NCBI GenBank assembly: GCA_002104905.1
Contig: MCFE01000352.1
Location: 24,318 to 88,317 of the forward strand
Direction: 5' to 3'
DNA from: Basidiobolus meristosporus CBS 931.73
Taxonomy: Eukaryota; Fungi; Basidiobolomycota
DNA length: 64,000 nt
The notes beneath the pieces were generated by a model. The model saw only the letters and a list, made by a program, of their open reading frames with translations. It had not been told where the DNA came from and did not search any database. This document shows, piece by piece, positions 11,764-24,869 of this stretch. Each line of letters starts with the position of its first letter. The stretch's first letter is position 1. The position numbers and the translations under genes were made by a program.

Positions 11764-11949
11764 ACCAACATAGATATAGTGTGTAGTGAATCAGTCGGAT
11801 TACTTGGATGTTCCATATCACCACCTAATAAACAACCACATCAAAATCAACGGGGGTCATCATTGATCCATTGGACGAAGGGGATTTCTCCTTTTTAGCT
11901 CGGATTTGGTTGCCATGGTTGGTTTGAGGTTGGATACAGCGAGTTTACA

Positions 11950-14007
11950 ATGAACTCCACCGTCAACACCCTAATCCAGGACAAGATAGTCCAACTCGAG
12001 AGCGGCCTTTCGGTCGATGAGGAACAGGAGAGACTTCTAGGTAGGTGGCCTCCCGTTGGTTAGAGTTAGGTGCGGCGAAACGGTTACTGACACTCCGTAG
12101 CCAAGGAATTGGACCAAGTGAGGAATGAGTTGGAGGGACTGGTACCCCAGGGAAGCCAGGAGGGCTCCTCGTTCTCTGCACTCAAAGACAAGTATCTGAC
12201 TTTGGTATGAATCGCGTTGGAACCGATTTTCCTGGAAAGTGGTCGCTTCTCCGGCTTGTAACTCACCAGCCTGTTTTCGACTCGTAGTTTCAGGCGAAGT
12301 TCCGTTTGGAGCAGGACCAGGCTAAGATCCACCGTAAAGCTGACCTGATCGGTCGTGAGCGGGACTCAGGTAAGCCTCCTTCCGCCCCAACCAACCACTC
12401 GACCCACCCTTTGCTCACACCCCGGATCGCCGGGCACCCCCCGAATCCCCCAGTCAAGGCCGACCTATCGAAAGTCTCCGAACTCAAAGGGAAACTTGAA
12501 AACCTATGCCGGGAGCTTCAACGAGAGAACAAGCGGATCAAGGTAAGGGGTCAGCAGAGGAGCGCAATCAGTCGGACCAAGGCCGCTCATCCCGCACGTT
12601 TAGGAGGAGAGCTTGCGCATCGCCCAGGAGGAACAATCGAAGCGGATGGAAATCTCGGGTAAGTTCGAATCGGCCATCCAGGAAATTCGAGTCAAGATGG
12701 ACCAAGACTCCGAGGAGAACCGAAAGCGTGCGGAGGAAAATGCTGCGTAAGACTGCTTGATCGCACTCTTCCTGTGATCCTTGCTGATGTCGGTTTGGAC
12801 GATCCATCCAGGTTGAAGGAGAAGTTCCAGAGCTTCCTGGCGCAGTTCGACCTTAGCGAGCAGCACCACAACTCCATCATCAAATCGAAGAACCTCGAGA
12901 TCCAACTCCTGGAGGCCAAGATCAACCAACATGTGGAATCCACGGCGCAGGAAATGGCCAAGGTACACTTGAGGTTTCTTCGAACTTGGGAGCAATTCGA
13001 ACCTAACTGGACGGAGCCTTTGTAGGCGCAAGCGATCACGATCGAGCTCAGCGAGTCCATCCAACGAGAAACGGAGCTGCGAGAGCAGCTGACCGTGTAC
13101 GTGGAGAAATTCAAGCAGGTAGAAGGGACGCTCAGTCAAAGCAACGAGATCTTCACCACATTCCGCCAGGAGATGGAGCAGGTATTGGTTTTCGTAGGAA
13201 ATCATTGTCGCTGCGGACGCGACTGACTTTTGGAGCTAGCTAAGGAAGAGGACCAAGAAATACGAGAAAGAAAACCTCCTGATCAAGCAGAAATGCGAGC
13301 AAATGAATCGAGTTATCCTGGAGATGGTGGAGGAGGTTGGGCCCTGACGCTAATGAACCACGGATATCTGCTAACCTATGCCCCCTATTCCAGCGAGCCA
13401 GGAACCAGAGCGACCTCGCGGCAAGCAAGAAGAAGATAGGTCAGCTAGAGAATCTCTGCAGAGCTTTACAGGTCCGGTGGTCCCTAATATCCCCTCATCC
13501 TACTCGCGTGCGACTCACCGAACCCTCTCCCCTCATGGATACAGACCGAGCGGAACGACTTCCAAAAGAAATGCGAGCTACTGGAGACCCGTCAAGGCGA
13601 GAAGCCGGACGAAGCGTCGGACGAGGTAAGGTCGCCGCTGGTGGGTCCACGGAACTTTCGGACTGACGAGTGCGCCTCTTCTGTAGGGCAAGCAGGCGGT
13701 GGACACCCTGAAGGGCCTGCTGCAGAAAAAAGCGGAATTCTTGCGGTTGTCGCAGGCGCTGGCGGTAATTAACGCTCACTGGCGGGGATGCGAAAACCGG
13801 TGATAATTAACCACTGACTCTTAGGATGAACGGGAAGCCCTGAAAACCCAACTGAACCCCCACCCATCCACTCCGGATACCCCTAGCGGAGAGGTCGCCG
13901 ATGGTACTGTGCACAAACAGCCAACGCTAGATGTCGGGCCAGCCTACACTGATGCCCAAGAGGCGCTGAAAGGCCTGTGTAATATGATCGAGGAGATCTC
14001 GCTGTAA
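11950..14007 (+). CDS. Taxilin-family coiled-coil protein (multi-exon)
   Basis: KLENLCRELQRENK, ELREQLTVYVEKFKQVEGTLSQSNEIFTTFRQEMEQ, KTKKYEKEN, KIGQLENLCRALQ reconstructed across GT-AG introns. Ends EISL*. Confidence 0.88.
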
Positions 14008-14277
14008 GCCACGGCACCACGATGTGTGAATGGGAAACTGTAGCCTTATAGAAACACAATCCACAGACATATATAAACTCAGTTCGATTTTAATGAAGGA
14101 TACAGGGTTGATAAGGTACAATTCTAAGTTACAGAGAGAGCTTCCCTGTTGAAGGGAACCACTCCTCGGGGTTGGGGGAAGTGAGGGTGGTCGCGATCGG
14201 TCGGGCTACTTGAGCCCGGCAACGGAGTCAGGGCAGAAAAGATGGAAATGCAAAATGGGATGAAGTGTCTTGATGGC

Positions 14278-16061
14278 CTATTTCCATTGTTGTGAAGCAC
14301 CATCTCGCAGTGCCTCCTGGTAGGAGGGTGGCAGCTCCTCGACGGTGGGGTGCGAGGATGATGCCTCGCTTTCTTCAATCATGTAGCCTAGATCAAAGGC
14401 GGATGGCGCCGACGGAGAAACACCCTGGGCCGTCGATGTGCTAGGCCCCGAACTGACCTCCTCCAGATTCTCCACGGGTGGCTTCTCGATTAAGCGGATG
14501 TGAGGTGCCGATGGCTCAGGGTTTGAGGTGCTTGGTGAGCGCATGCTGTGGAACGAGCTACTCCGGCTGTGATTGTTGGCGTTGACTGTGTTGTCTAGGG
14601 AACTAGACCTACTGCTTATCCTGGGAGGGCCGTTCCGAACTGGACTAGAGTGTTCGAGGGAACGAGACGCTTCGTTGGTGATATCATAGATCGCTTGATT
14701 CTCCGCTAGATGGGGGAGAACAACGGTCCAATCCCCCTCCTCCTCGGTTGGGGTCGAATGTGGATCCGTATCCACGATACTCTCGCTATCTTCAGGAGTC
14801 ATCCCAATGATAGGGTATGTGCCGATGATCAGGGGAAACACAAACTCCAGCCGCTTCTTGTAGAAGGTGCTGGGGACGAGGTCAATTTTGACATGGAGCT
14901 CGTAGGAGAAAGAGATCAACGGGGCAGTGATGGTGGTCGGGGGGAGTGAGCGTGGCACCCTGACTTTGGTCTCCACGTGGCAGGACAATGAGGTTGCATC
15001 AATATTTAGTGGGAGCTCCTGGACGAAGACCGCGGTGACTTGCTTCTGCTCATACCTACATTGGGGAGGTTGGGGGGTTAGCCCAATCGCGACAAACACC
15101 ATGAAAGCCACTTACCCGTTGGCCGCGAACTTGGAGAGCTGGTAGAGTTTCAGGTGAATACCTGCAACATCCCGGATCGGCTGGATATGGTTGACGCTGA
15201 TCTTGACCGGAAATGTCTCCCCTAGACAACGCTTAGAAATCAGCGGGAAATTCCCTTGTTTGTCGTCAACCTACGTTACCTTTGGCAAACGCTCTTTTCG
15301 GTATGAACACCTTGCACTCCACCACACCCTTGCTCTTGCGGAAGGTCCCCAGGGTAATGGAAGCTTCCTTGATTTGGTCAAAAGGGCTGAGGTAGATGGA
15401 ATCTTGGGTGTCGATCAGGTCGGAAACAAGCACTGGACAAATCGATCGCGGCGAGAGTGTCAATGGAACCCACGGTTTGTGATGGATGGCACGAAGCGAG
15501 TACTGAATCGACCCTTTGTTTCCCTGAGTGTGAAAAGGAGGGGGGTTAATTCGGGAACTCCTGGAAAGAGATGCAAGGACGTTACGTACAAGATACGATG
15601 TGGGCAAGGTGAAAGAGGCAGAAGTCCCGGGCAGGAGAAATTCAAAGGGGAATTTATGCTCTCCCACGGTCAAAACCGGAGAAGCCTCCGAGTTCCGTGC
15701 CCCGTAAAGCACCAACTCCGTGTTGAACAAAGTCAGGGACTGGGTTTCGTTGAACTTGCTGGAAACATGGTTAGTAAGCAGTGACCAAAGCCGAACCAGT
15801 CAAGTCAGGGAAATACCGCTCTGTCAACGACATCAAGGAGGTGGTGATCTCGCCCACGAATTGAAGCACGATGCATTTGGTCGGGGTGCTGCGAGTCATC
15901 TTAAGGACCACGTTGCCTGAAGAACAAAAAGATGAGCAATGGGAGTTGGGAGGCGGCCCTCAGTAGAAGAGCGTACCACGGACGGCATCTCCAGGGAAGT
16001 AGGTTTTCTCATGATCAACTAGCTCAATGTTCAAACTAGAGCTACCTAGCGTTGACAGCAT
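14278..16061 (-). CDS. Alpha-arrestin (Arrestin_N/Arrestin_C) with a C-terminal PY motif (multi-exon)
   Basis: YFPGDAVRG, GEHKFPFEFLLP, GSIQYSLRA, VFIPKRAF..G, ISFSYELHVKI, FPLIIGT, C-terminal LPPSY. Confidence 0.88.
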
Positions 16062-16319
16062 ATCTTCGATAACAAGCAGTTGACTAGTATATATAACAAG
16101 GAGGGCCTTCGGATGGTTTGTATGAAGGTGGTTTTGGTAGTGAACACTGGATTCGCCGGCATGATCAACATTACGATCAGTCTTATTATCCGTATATCCA
16201 ATGAACAAATCATCCACCAGTGATGAGGTTTATTTCAAACAATGTACAAATGCGATCAATAATATATCATGAATGAAACAGGCAATACACATATACACAA
16301 CGAAGGGCATGGATGAGGC

Positions 16320-18203
16320 TCAGATTATATGGATAACAAAGATATACCAGCAGACGGCCAGGAGGATAGCGAGAACGCCTCCGTAGATGCGGCTCCAGTT
16401 AGAGGTAGCGTTCTTCTTGGCCTGGATATCCTCTTTGACCGAGCCTTGGACGCATTGCGAGCGCTTCTGGTCGCTCATATCCAGAATAGAGTGCCAAGTA
16501 GTCTTGTTGATCACAAAGATGACCACGCTCAGGATGCAGGCGACAACCCCGAGGGCAACGTAAAACTTCATCACATTGCCATATCGGTCGGCACCTCTGT
16601 CCTGAAGACGGCCCACGAAGATATCAAAGATCGTATTGCTAATGTTGTTGGCACTCTTGTACACGCCAAATGCAGTCCCGACTGCGTCTTTGTTTAAGAT
16701 CAGCGGGATGCCAGAGATTACGCACACAGGGCCGATACTCAGCGAAATCGAAAACACAAGCATCCCAACGATTGGATGGACCATGGTAAAGCCGAGGATG
16801 TACATCGAACAGAGAAACGTGACGGAGGACAGCATTACTGGCAAAAATGTTAGTGGAGCTGAGACCAAAGGCCGGATTGCTTGTCGATGGCTTACCAGAT
16901 ATCGTTCTCTTGCCAAACCCATCCAGAACGTAGCCCATGAAAGGGGCGACGAAGATCGGAAGAAACTGAGCGAAGCTGGCGTAATAACTGGCCTGCAGCT
17001 CGTTGACATTGAAGCGGCTCATTACCAGCTCGCTGATTCTTTGGTTAGTAGCTGGTCCACTGATGATTCCAATTGGGGAGCTTGCCTGTTGATGTGGAGG
17101 AATGTGGTCCACCCACTCCCGATGATGAAGTTCAGCCAGATCATGATCCACACTAGACCCGGGAAGTATAGAAGGCGGGAGAACTTGAATTCTTTCTTGC
17201 TACGAAGTTTTCTGAGCTCCTCCGGATTGGTGGTCTCGTTCGAGGCTCGCACCACCGCCACATACAGGATATTGATCAGCAACGAGAGAATGCATAGAAC
17301 AGCCGACAACTAAAGGAGTGGATGTCGTTGGCAACGGCAAGTCAGATGGCGTGGAAAACAGAACCTACCCAGAATGCTGCGCCGTAGAACCCCACAGCTT
17401 TGTTCAGTGGTACAGCGGTTATAAAGGCCAGATAGGATGCCTATTCAAAAGAGTCATCGTTAATTCTAGCTCTTCCCAAATGCGCCACATGATTTTCCCC
17501 ACCAATCTCGAGGTGGCAATCTGGAGTCCAAGTGTGATAGCGAGACCTTTTCCACGAAACCAATGACTAATGATTGTCTCTTGGATAATCACGATAGCGC
17601 CCGACCCAATGCTACAATATTCACCAGTTGACTTGAGTATTCCAAGGCACAGGAAGAACACCACTTACCCATACAGCACGCGCCCCACAATCATCATAGG
17701 GAAGGAAGCGTACGATGCGGAGAAGGCCACAAAGATATTTCCAGCCGCAATAAGACTGGTGGATAGAATCGACCCCATATTGGTACCAAAGGTGTCGATG
17801 AATACGCCACCAAGCACGGGCAGGATGGTGTTGACTAGGGAGACTGAGGATTGCAGCACTCCATAGTCCGAATTGGAGATTCCTAGCTCCTTTGATCCGG
17901 CTTTAGTACAGATTGTGAGAACTGAATTCAGGGCAGAAAGGCCTCCCTACCTCCTTGATGGTATTTTTCAAAGCGCCGAGTGTATGAGCGGCGTAGTGGC
18001 TACCAACTTTGAGGTTATGAGCAAAGTGTGATGTCTAGGGGGGTGTTTGCCCTGTTACCTGAGAGGAGCAAAGCACAAAGCAGAGCTATAGCTTTGTACT
18101 TCCAGGGCTTGTTTTCGAATTCCGTCGGCTCTTCCGTCCGCCGGTCAACTTGTGGGATAAGAGGCTGGGTCTCGGGGTCTTGTTGGCCAACTGCTTTGGA
18201 CAT
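16320..18203 (-). CDS. MFS transporter, MFSD1-like (multi-exon)
   Basis: LQSSVSLVNTILPVLGGVFIDTFG, ETIISHWFRGKGLAITLGLQIATSRL, FVAPFMGYVLDGFGKR, GTAFGVYKSANNI; multiple hydrophobic segments. Confidence 0.85.
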
Positions 18204-18647
18204 AATCGATTGTCGCTAGGAGCGGGGTAAGTTGCAAACCACCGGAGAAGGATTCAACATTATATATCATCCGATCTGGACTATCATGGCATATGAGGCC
18301 AGTCTACTGTTCACTTTATCGAGTAGAAAATTTCTTGATCGGCACGTATGTCCAATCTGAACACCCATATATACAAATGTGTCGTCTGAATCTCATTTTA
18401 GTTTAAGCGCCTTGATATGGAATGAATTAATATTTAGCGTTGGTGTCATATATAGTTACCCAAAATCCCTTTTTTGCGCACGAGAAGATGTTCACCATGT
18501 CTTATCGGGCTTTGGCCAATCACCCCCTAATGTTCGTTTGAGGTATGGGATCGAAGGCCTTGAGAAGGAAGTGAAAAGCATAGTGATGACGAAGAATTGG
18601 GTTTATTATTTTGCATTATTTGGTGTTGGCCATCTTCACCATGATAT

Positions 18648-19514
18648 TTACAAATACATCATTGACGATCCAGCCTCCGAGCTCTTCATCTCTAACGAAT
18701 CGAGCCTCTCACGAATAACCGTGAATCCAAAGATTTGGGTTAATTGCTCAGAAAGGTAAGTCAGCAACTAGGGTGGGTTGGGTTAGTGAACTGCATTCTG
18801 CAAGCCTGATAATGCCACCTAAGTACCTGGACGTCGTCTTTGGTTCCCGTTTTGAACTTCTTGGAGGGATATAGCAGGAATTGGGTGGAGATGTTCTCCA
18901 ATTGCAACAACGTGATCAAAGTGTTGAGGAATAGGTTATTCAGAGGTGCTGCGGTATTGAGCGTAGGGTATTGTAGCTGAGCATCTACCGATTTAAAATT
19001 CAGGAACTGATCCACTTGCATAAGTATCGAAGATCTGTGCAAACCTGTGTTCAAACTGGCAATGTGTAGGGACTCTTTTGAGGCGGTGAAGTCGAACGCT
19101 CCTAGCACATAGAGAGTCTGAATCTCACTTGAGGATATGAAATTCACTAAAGCATCAGCTAACGCAAGGAGCTTCTTGTCAGAAGGCAATACGTTGATCA
19201 CAATTACGCTAGTCTATGGTAAGCAGTGAGTCAGTTTGAGCTCGATCCCTCGCATCGATAATGTCGTTAAAAGATAAGCAGACCTCAAGGCTATCGAAAT
19301 TCTTTACTACAATCCTCTCTTCGCCATCCAAATCGGCAATGAGTGGCTCCTCAGCCTCATATCCATCAAAGTTTAGCTTTGCGTCCGTGCTGTTTTGGAG
19401 CGAGTTCAGTAAGCGGGTTCCCGCTATGCAGTTATCAGGGAAACCCAGGATCACTTTCGGGTGAAGGTGAACATTCTGCTCATTATTGAGAGTAAACGTA
19501 GCTGTGGTTTCCAT
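18648..19514 (-). CDS. Putative proteasome assembly chaperone (PAC1/PAC2-like) ending in an HbYX motif (4 exons)
   Basis: Spliced model METTATF...VILGFP...|TSVIVINVLP..LALADALVNFISSSEIQTLYVLGAF...|...|LLTYLSEQLTQIFGF...GSSMMYL*. GT-AG introns with in-phase junctions. Family call is inference. Confidence 0.5.
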
Positions 19515-19795
19515 TGAAAGAAGTTTGTCAGGTAAGCTATTATGTTGGCAAGGTGTGTTTGGCATTTCTACCTCAGAATAAGTGCTATTGGGCATGTCAC
19601 GTGATAAATCTATGCTGGGTAATGACGTGGGTAAACGCAATGCGAAAGATGGCATAAAAACGGCAAACTCGCAGGTAGCATGGCTAATTTCGAGAGCAAG
19701 TCGAGTGTAAATTTAATGATGCTTCAGGAAGTCTACTCTGGGTAGAGGATGGAATGCAGTGAATCTCTAATTGAAAACAACAAAAGTGATGGGCA

Positions 19796-21282
19796 TTATA
19801 CAGTAGAGGCTGTGAGAGAAGCAAAGGCCTCCTCAGGCTCTGTCTTGGCCGTATGGGACTTGGCATATCTGTGAGCCTCACATTGCAAACAAGTTTGATT
19901 TTTGCGACAACATTGTTTACAGGAATGGAATGAGCATTTTAGAGAGGCGATGTTTTTGCAGTGGATACAAAGGCCTTCCCGGATCTTCTTGGGCCGCTTA
20001 GGGGTTTTGGTAGCCGGGGAACGGCCGTCCTGTAGATCACTCACGCTGGCGCCAACATCGATTTTCTTACTAATGATCTCAGATAGCGGTGCTCTGAGGT
20101 AGGGCTGGCATAGCCAATGTGGAATAACGCGTCCACCGCTCGCATCCAGTGCTATTTCGTCAGAAGCATTGTTGGCAGCCTCCTCCAACCGGTGTCTCAG
20201 TATTTGAACAATCTCTTCGAAATGGACCATGCTCTTGGCTCTGGCCAATTGGTCACGCATGTCGGTGTGCATATGAAGACAGGGACGAAACAGCTTAAAC
20301 AGATGAGGTCGAATCATGTGAAATCTCGTAGGAATTGTTCTACAAATCTCGAGATACTCCTGAGCCACCTTCCAGGCGGGAGGGAATTGGCCGGAGAAAA
20401 TGGCGGGATTGTGTAAATTCCCTTCCGCCGACATAACCCCCTCCACGCCGGTGTAGTCTAAACATCGCTGCACATCCTCATGGTAGAGAATATTCCCGTT
20501 GGCAAAAACTGGAACGGATACGGCTTCACGAACTCTTCTGATTTGCTCCCAATCAGCCAGTCCGGTATTGTGGCCTTTTTGCTCACGGATACGCCCGTGC
20601 ACGGTCAGTAGCTGAGCACCAGCATCTTCCAGCATCTGGGCGTATTCGATGGTTTTATCAGTGTCCGGGAAAATCCGGATTTTGCAAGTAACGGGAATCT
20701 TGAGTTGGTTGTGCAGCACATTTACTATGCAGAAGAAGTGAGTATATCTAGTGGGCACGTGTCGTAGGGGATGCTTCTTACCCATCTCTTTCAACAGACC
20801 CCAATCCTCCATCAGGTAGGATCCATAACGTCCTTTTTTGGCAATTTGTTGCGGACAGCCAATGTTCAAGTCGACGGCGTCGCATTTGTCCTCGACTAAG
20901 AGGGCAGCTTTTAATAAAGTCTCCGCATCGTTAGCACAGAATTGGGTGATGAGTGGTCGATCTTCCGGGTTCGTAGTGAATTGTTCTTCGCGGTAGTATT
21001 GGTTTTCAATAAATAGCCGGGCGTGGAACATCGGTGTATAGCAAAGCTGAGCTCCATAACGACGGCTCAACATACGCCACGCCTGATTGTTGAAGTGCGA
21101 AAATGAGTACACGAATTGGCGCTGATACTCCATCATAGAACTACCTCTTCTGATTGATCCACCATGGGCGCGACCACATGTCTGGCACCTTTTAAGGATT
21201 TCAGCCAAAATTCGAATCCAGTGGGCTTGTTCAAGGGGGTTTTGGGCGCCAGAACACTGCCCAAGGGAAGCCGGGGAATCAT
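19796..21282 (-). CDS. DUS1: tRNA-dihydrouridine(16/17) synthase Dus1 with a C-terminal Cys-rich extension
   Basis: [85 protein letters not shown]. Confidence 0.93.
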
Positions 21283-21634
21283 AGCTAGTCTGGCAGGCTG
21301 GGCAAGAACAGGAAGCGAATCACATAGAAATTTAAGGATGAAATGTAAAAATTCTCCAAATAAGATAACTGCCGAACCCTAATTGGGATTAGTTCATTCA
21401 ATCCAATCCTGCTTGCAAATGGGAAATTGAGCCAATTTATCGGAAACGGCCATTTTATTCGTCGGCCGCATGAGAACCCTATATGAAAAAAGTCACAGCA
21501 TTTCCGTTAGGAAGCAGCCATGGAGATATACCCTCTCCAACACGATTCGTTTTTTTCCTTGAACGCGCATATGCCCACCGATTTTTGTCCGCTATCCGGA
21601 TGAAACGCTCTCTGCGTCCAACCTTACCTTTGCT

Positions 21635-22255
21635 ATGGTCAACATACTTCGAGGCTATCCCATCCCAATCATAGTGATTCTTCTACAGTGCATTCTTTAC
21701 GGCTATATATCGTATGTTTACCAGGGCAAATTGCCAGACCCTGTGCCTATACGTTTCCAGGGCCAACAGGCTGTCCACTTTCAATCGAAACATAAATACT
21801 TCTCTATACATCTGGCCATCTTCTATCTAACTACCATATTCCTTTTTCTCACTGGACTATTGGTGGCCACTCGGTTGCCAGCCAGGTATCTTAGTATTCC
21901 AGGAAAAGAGAATTGGCTTGGGATCCAGACCAAAGAAAAAATCGTGAAGGTTCTTAGTTCGAAGTACTGTTTATGGGTGACGGTGTTCACAGCCCAGTTC
22001 TTACTAGAGCTCAACACTCTTCTGTACGAGGTAAAGAATCCCCTCCATTGTCTACACATTGTATGTGCCTAAAGGATCTCCAACTTGCAATAGCTGTCGC
22101 TTAGGAAAAGTTTCCAGTTGTTCTGGTTCTTCTGGATCTTCCTTGGTGTATACCTGATCGAACTGGCGGCAAGCACCTTGATCGGGTATTTCAAAATCCG
22201 CTCTGTAGGGACCCTGCAAGGAATAGAGGATTTCCAGCCATCTTTCTTTATTTAA
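21635..22255 (+). CDS. Small multi-pass membrane protein with a DUF1648-like motif (1 intron, 22031-22093)
   Basis: TM - YQGKLPDPVPIRFQGQQAVHFQSK - TM - LPARYLSIPGKENWL - TM - TM. Resembles the LP..VP.HF...G....K signature of DUF1648/SdpI-type proteins. Confidence 0.6.
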
Positions 22256-22507
22256 TTGATTTCCCCTGTTGCATTACCCTGTACATTCAGCACGCGTATT
22301 TTTATTGCCTTCTACAGAGGCCATTAATCTCGACATGTTTGGGAGTTACTTTAGATCATCCTGTATATCCAAAACTCCTCTATAAACTATACACTCTACA
22401 TCATTGTGGGTAATGTTTATTCGGTTGTTTACAGCGACGTCGACTACCCGGGGATAAAGTGGTTTATCATATACTACACACATAAATATATCTAATTGAT
22501 ATTCAGG

Positions 22508-23531
22508 TCATTTCAGGTAAAGTCCCAGTAGCAATAGATAACAAATGCTCCCACCAGGGGAGTTCTTCTCACTGGAGCTCATCAGATGGTTGCTTCCAGA
22601 CGGTATGTCGGATTTCGATGGTTTGGCAGGCTTGGCATCGGCGGTTAGGCCTGGCAACATCTCAGCCTCGGCTAGCTCACCTTCAGCCTCGCTCTCACTG
22701 TCATCATCGCCACGGATCTCGAATATTCGAGAGTAGCTATAATCGTGTTGCTTCGTACCGATGCGAAGATAATAGTGCTTGTTGGTTTTCAAGGTTCTTG
22801 GGACCAGCCAGACAAACTGGCTTTCATGCATGTCCACGGCTTCTGCCAGGGTACTGACCACCTTCTCCTTGAGAAGTAGCTGGAGCCGGGCTTTCTTGGG
22901 ACCCTGTCGACTTCCCATTGTATGAAGGGTCTCCCAGCGAATAACCACTTGTGTTCCTACCTGCCATTGTGTATTCTCCGAAGGAGTGGTGATGGTAAAA
23001 TCAAATGGAAAATCTATCAACGAGCGATAATTAGCCAAGAGATCACCGGATTTGCTCTCTCCTTAACTTACCATTGATGAATGAGGATTTATGCTTCGCG
23101 GACAAAGCCTGTGGTGGAGGATGAAGTGCTTGGTTGGATGTTATTGTAAGCGATGGTGAAGGTGAAGGTGAAGGTAAGGGCGAGTGGGATTGCGATAATG
23201 AAAATAATGGCGATGAAGAGGATGATGAAGGGGTTGGTCGCGACGGAGAGGGGGATGTTGAGGATGGCGGTGGTGTTGGTGTTGGCAGGACTGGCGGCGG
23301 AACCACCCCTGTCTCAATAATGTGTGGGGTTGAAGAGTGAGCTAGCAATGTGTCCTTGACGACGGACGCCCGAGGAAGGGCCGGTATGGGCCGCTTTTGG
23401 GTCATTGGTCGCATCGAAGAGAGGGATCCAGAGGCGTCAAGGGAATGTCTATGGTTCACCTGCACAAGAGAGGAGTAGCAAGATTGGCTCACTAACAGGG
23501 AGCAGACAAAGGAGCTAACAGTCCCTTTCAT
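22508..23531 (-). CDS. Secreted Ser/Pro-rich protein with a Kre9/Knh1-like GPI-anchored domain (intron ~23015-23072)
   Basis: Signal-like MKGTVSSFVCSLLVSQSCYS, S/P-rich stalk, ITTPSENTQWQVGTQVVIRW..L.L..V.TLAEAV...F.W.VP..L...Y...YSYSRIFEI, hydrophobic C-terminus. Confidence 0.72.
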
Positions 23532-23693
23532 ACGGAGACGAGAAATGAATTGGTGTTTTCCATACATTGAAAACTATATATACTTCCACGTTTCACTCTT
23601 GAAAACGTTCATCTCGGAGATTGCGAATATTTCCCGTTTCAGGGATTTTCTCCTACTCGAGGGTTACCGGGTTTCACCAAGATAATGCAAACT

Positions 23694-24724
23694 TTATTTC
23701 TCCAATTTTTCCAGAACGTTGACAAACATGTATCTCGAGAAAATGATGTACAGCTGGCGGAACCAAACCAACTGACTTCTGTGGCAGGTCATTGCCTTGC
23801 GGGATGTCATGACCTCCTTGGGGCTGCTTACAAATGCCAATGTCTGCGGAATCCCGTCTGTCTCTTGGAAGAGAGAGCTGATGGAGAAAAGAATGTCGAT
23901 AAAAGTGATGTATTTTCTGACCAGCGGGACTGTGGTCAAAGTGTAGGTGGGGAGGTTATCGAAGTTGTACTTGGCCGAGCTAGCGAGCATATGTCTACAA
24001 TTGAGCCAAGGTGAGTCCAATAGGCGCAGCTACATCAATGGCGTTACAATATTACCTGATGCCGAAATAAGTGGCAATATGGTTGGTGTGCCCCGAGATG
24101 CCGTAGGTGTCGAAAGTCAAAAGCTACAACAGTACGAGTTCATATACGAGTCATGACAGGTGAGGTGAGATAAAGGCGAGATACCATATTGATGTTGTTT
24201 TTTGTGACATAATCTTCAACAGTCTTGGCCACAACAGCAGCGTGCCATATTTTAGTAGGGTGATCAGGCAGCTCCCTAAAGGGGTGAAGCTTAATAACTA
24301 GTGCATGAAGTTTCCGGCTAGCCAGAACACTTACGGGTGGTCTAAAGAATGGACATTCTCTGGCTTAACTCCCAACGCCACACAGCTCTTTACCAGTTCC
24401 TTTTCCCGAATCTCTCCCAATTTGTCGTGGTTACCTTACATTTTTGGTTAGCGTGAGACGGAAAGACCGATAAACACAAAGTTCACGTGTGTATATACCC
24501 TTTGACAAGCACAAAACGTGCACTTCGGTGGATGCTTGTAGTTTCAGAAGGGCAGGGCCAAAAAACATGCACTCGTCGTCGGGATGGGCTGTAACAAGTA
24601 AGACCTTCTTGATCCCATTTTCGGCTAGGGCCTTTGGAGCAGTTGGGGGACGCACTATACAAAACACGTAGACAAAGAAAGCAGGTATCGCCAAGGATAT
24701 CAAGAGTGGTAGAAAGTACTGCAT
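23694..24724 (-). CDS. GPI12: N-acetylglucosaminyl-phosphatidylinositol de-N-acetylase PIG-L/Gpi12 (multi-exon)
   Basis: N-terminal TM, VLLVTAHPDDECMFFGP, LTFDTYGISGHTNH, AMTCHRSQLVWFRQLYIIFSRYM. Confidence 0.93.
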
Positions 24725-24869
24725 CGCTATCGATTATGGCGTAGCGAAAATGACCCTCATAAATGGGAGGAATTATATCGTATTAGATCACATAAATAAA
24801 AAATTCTTGCTCTGGTTGGAGTGTCATAAAATAGTAGAATGCTGGCCCTGCTTGTTACTTGAACCAAAA

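Noticed and set aside
18379-18759. 126-aa plus-strand ORF
   Set aside because: Overlaps the last exon and 3' region of the minus-strand PAC-like gene; no motif support.
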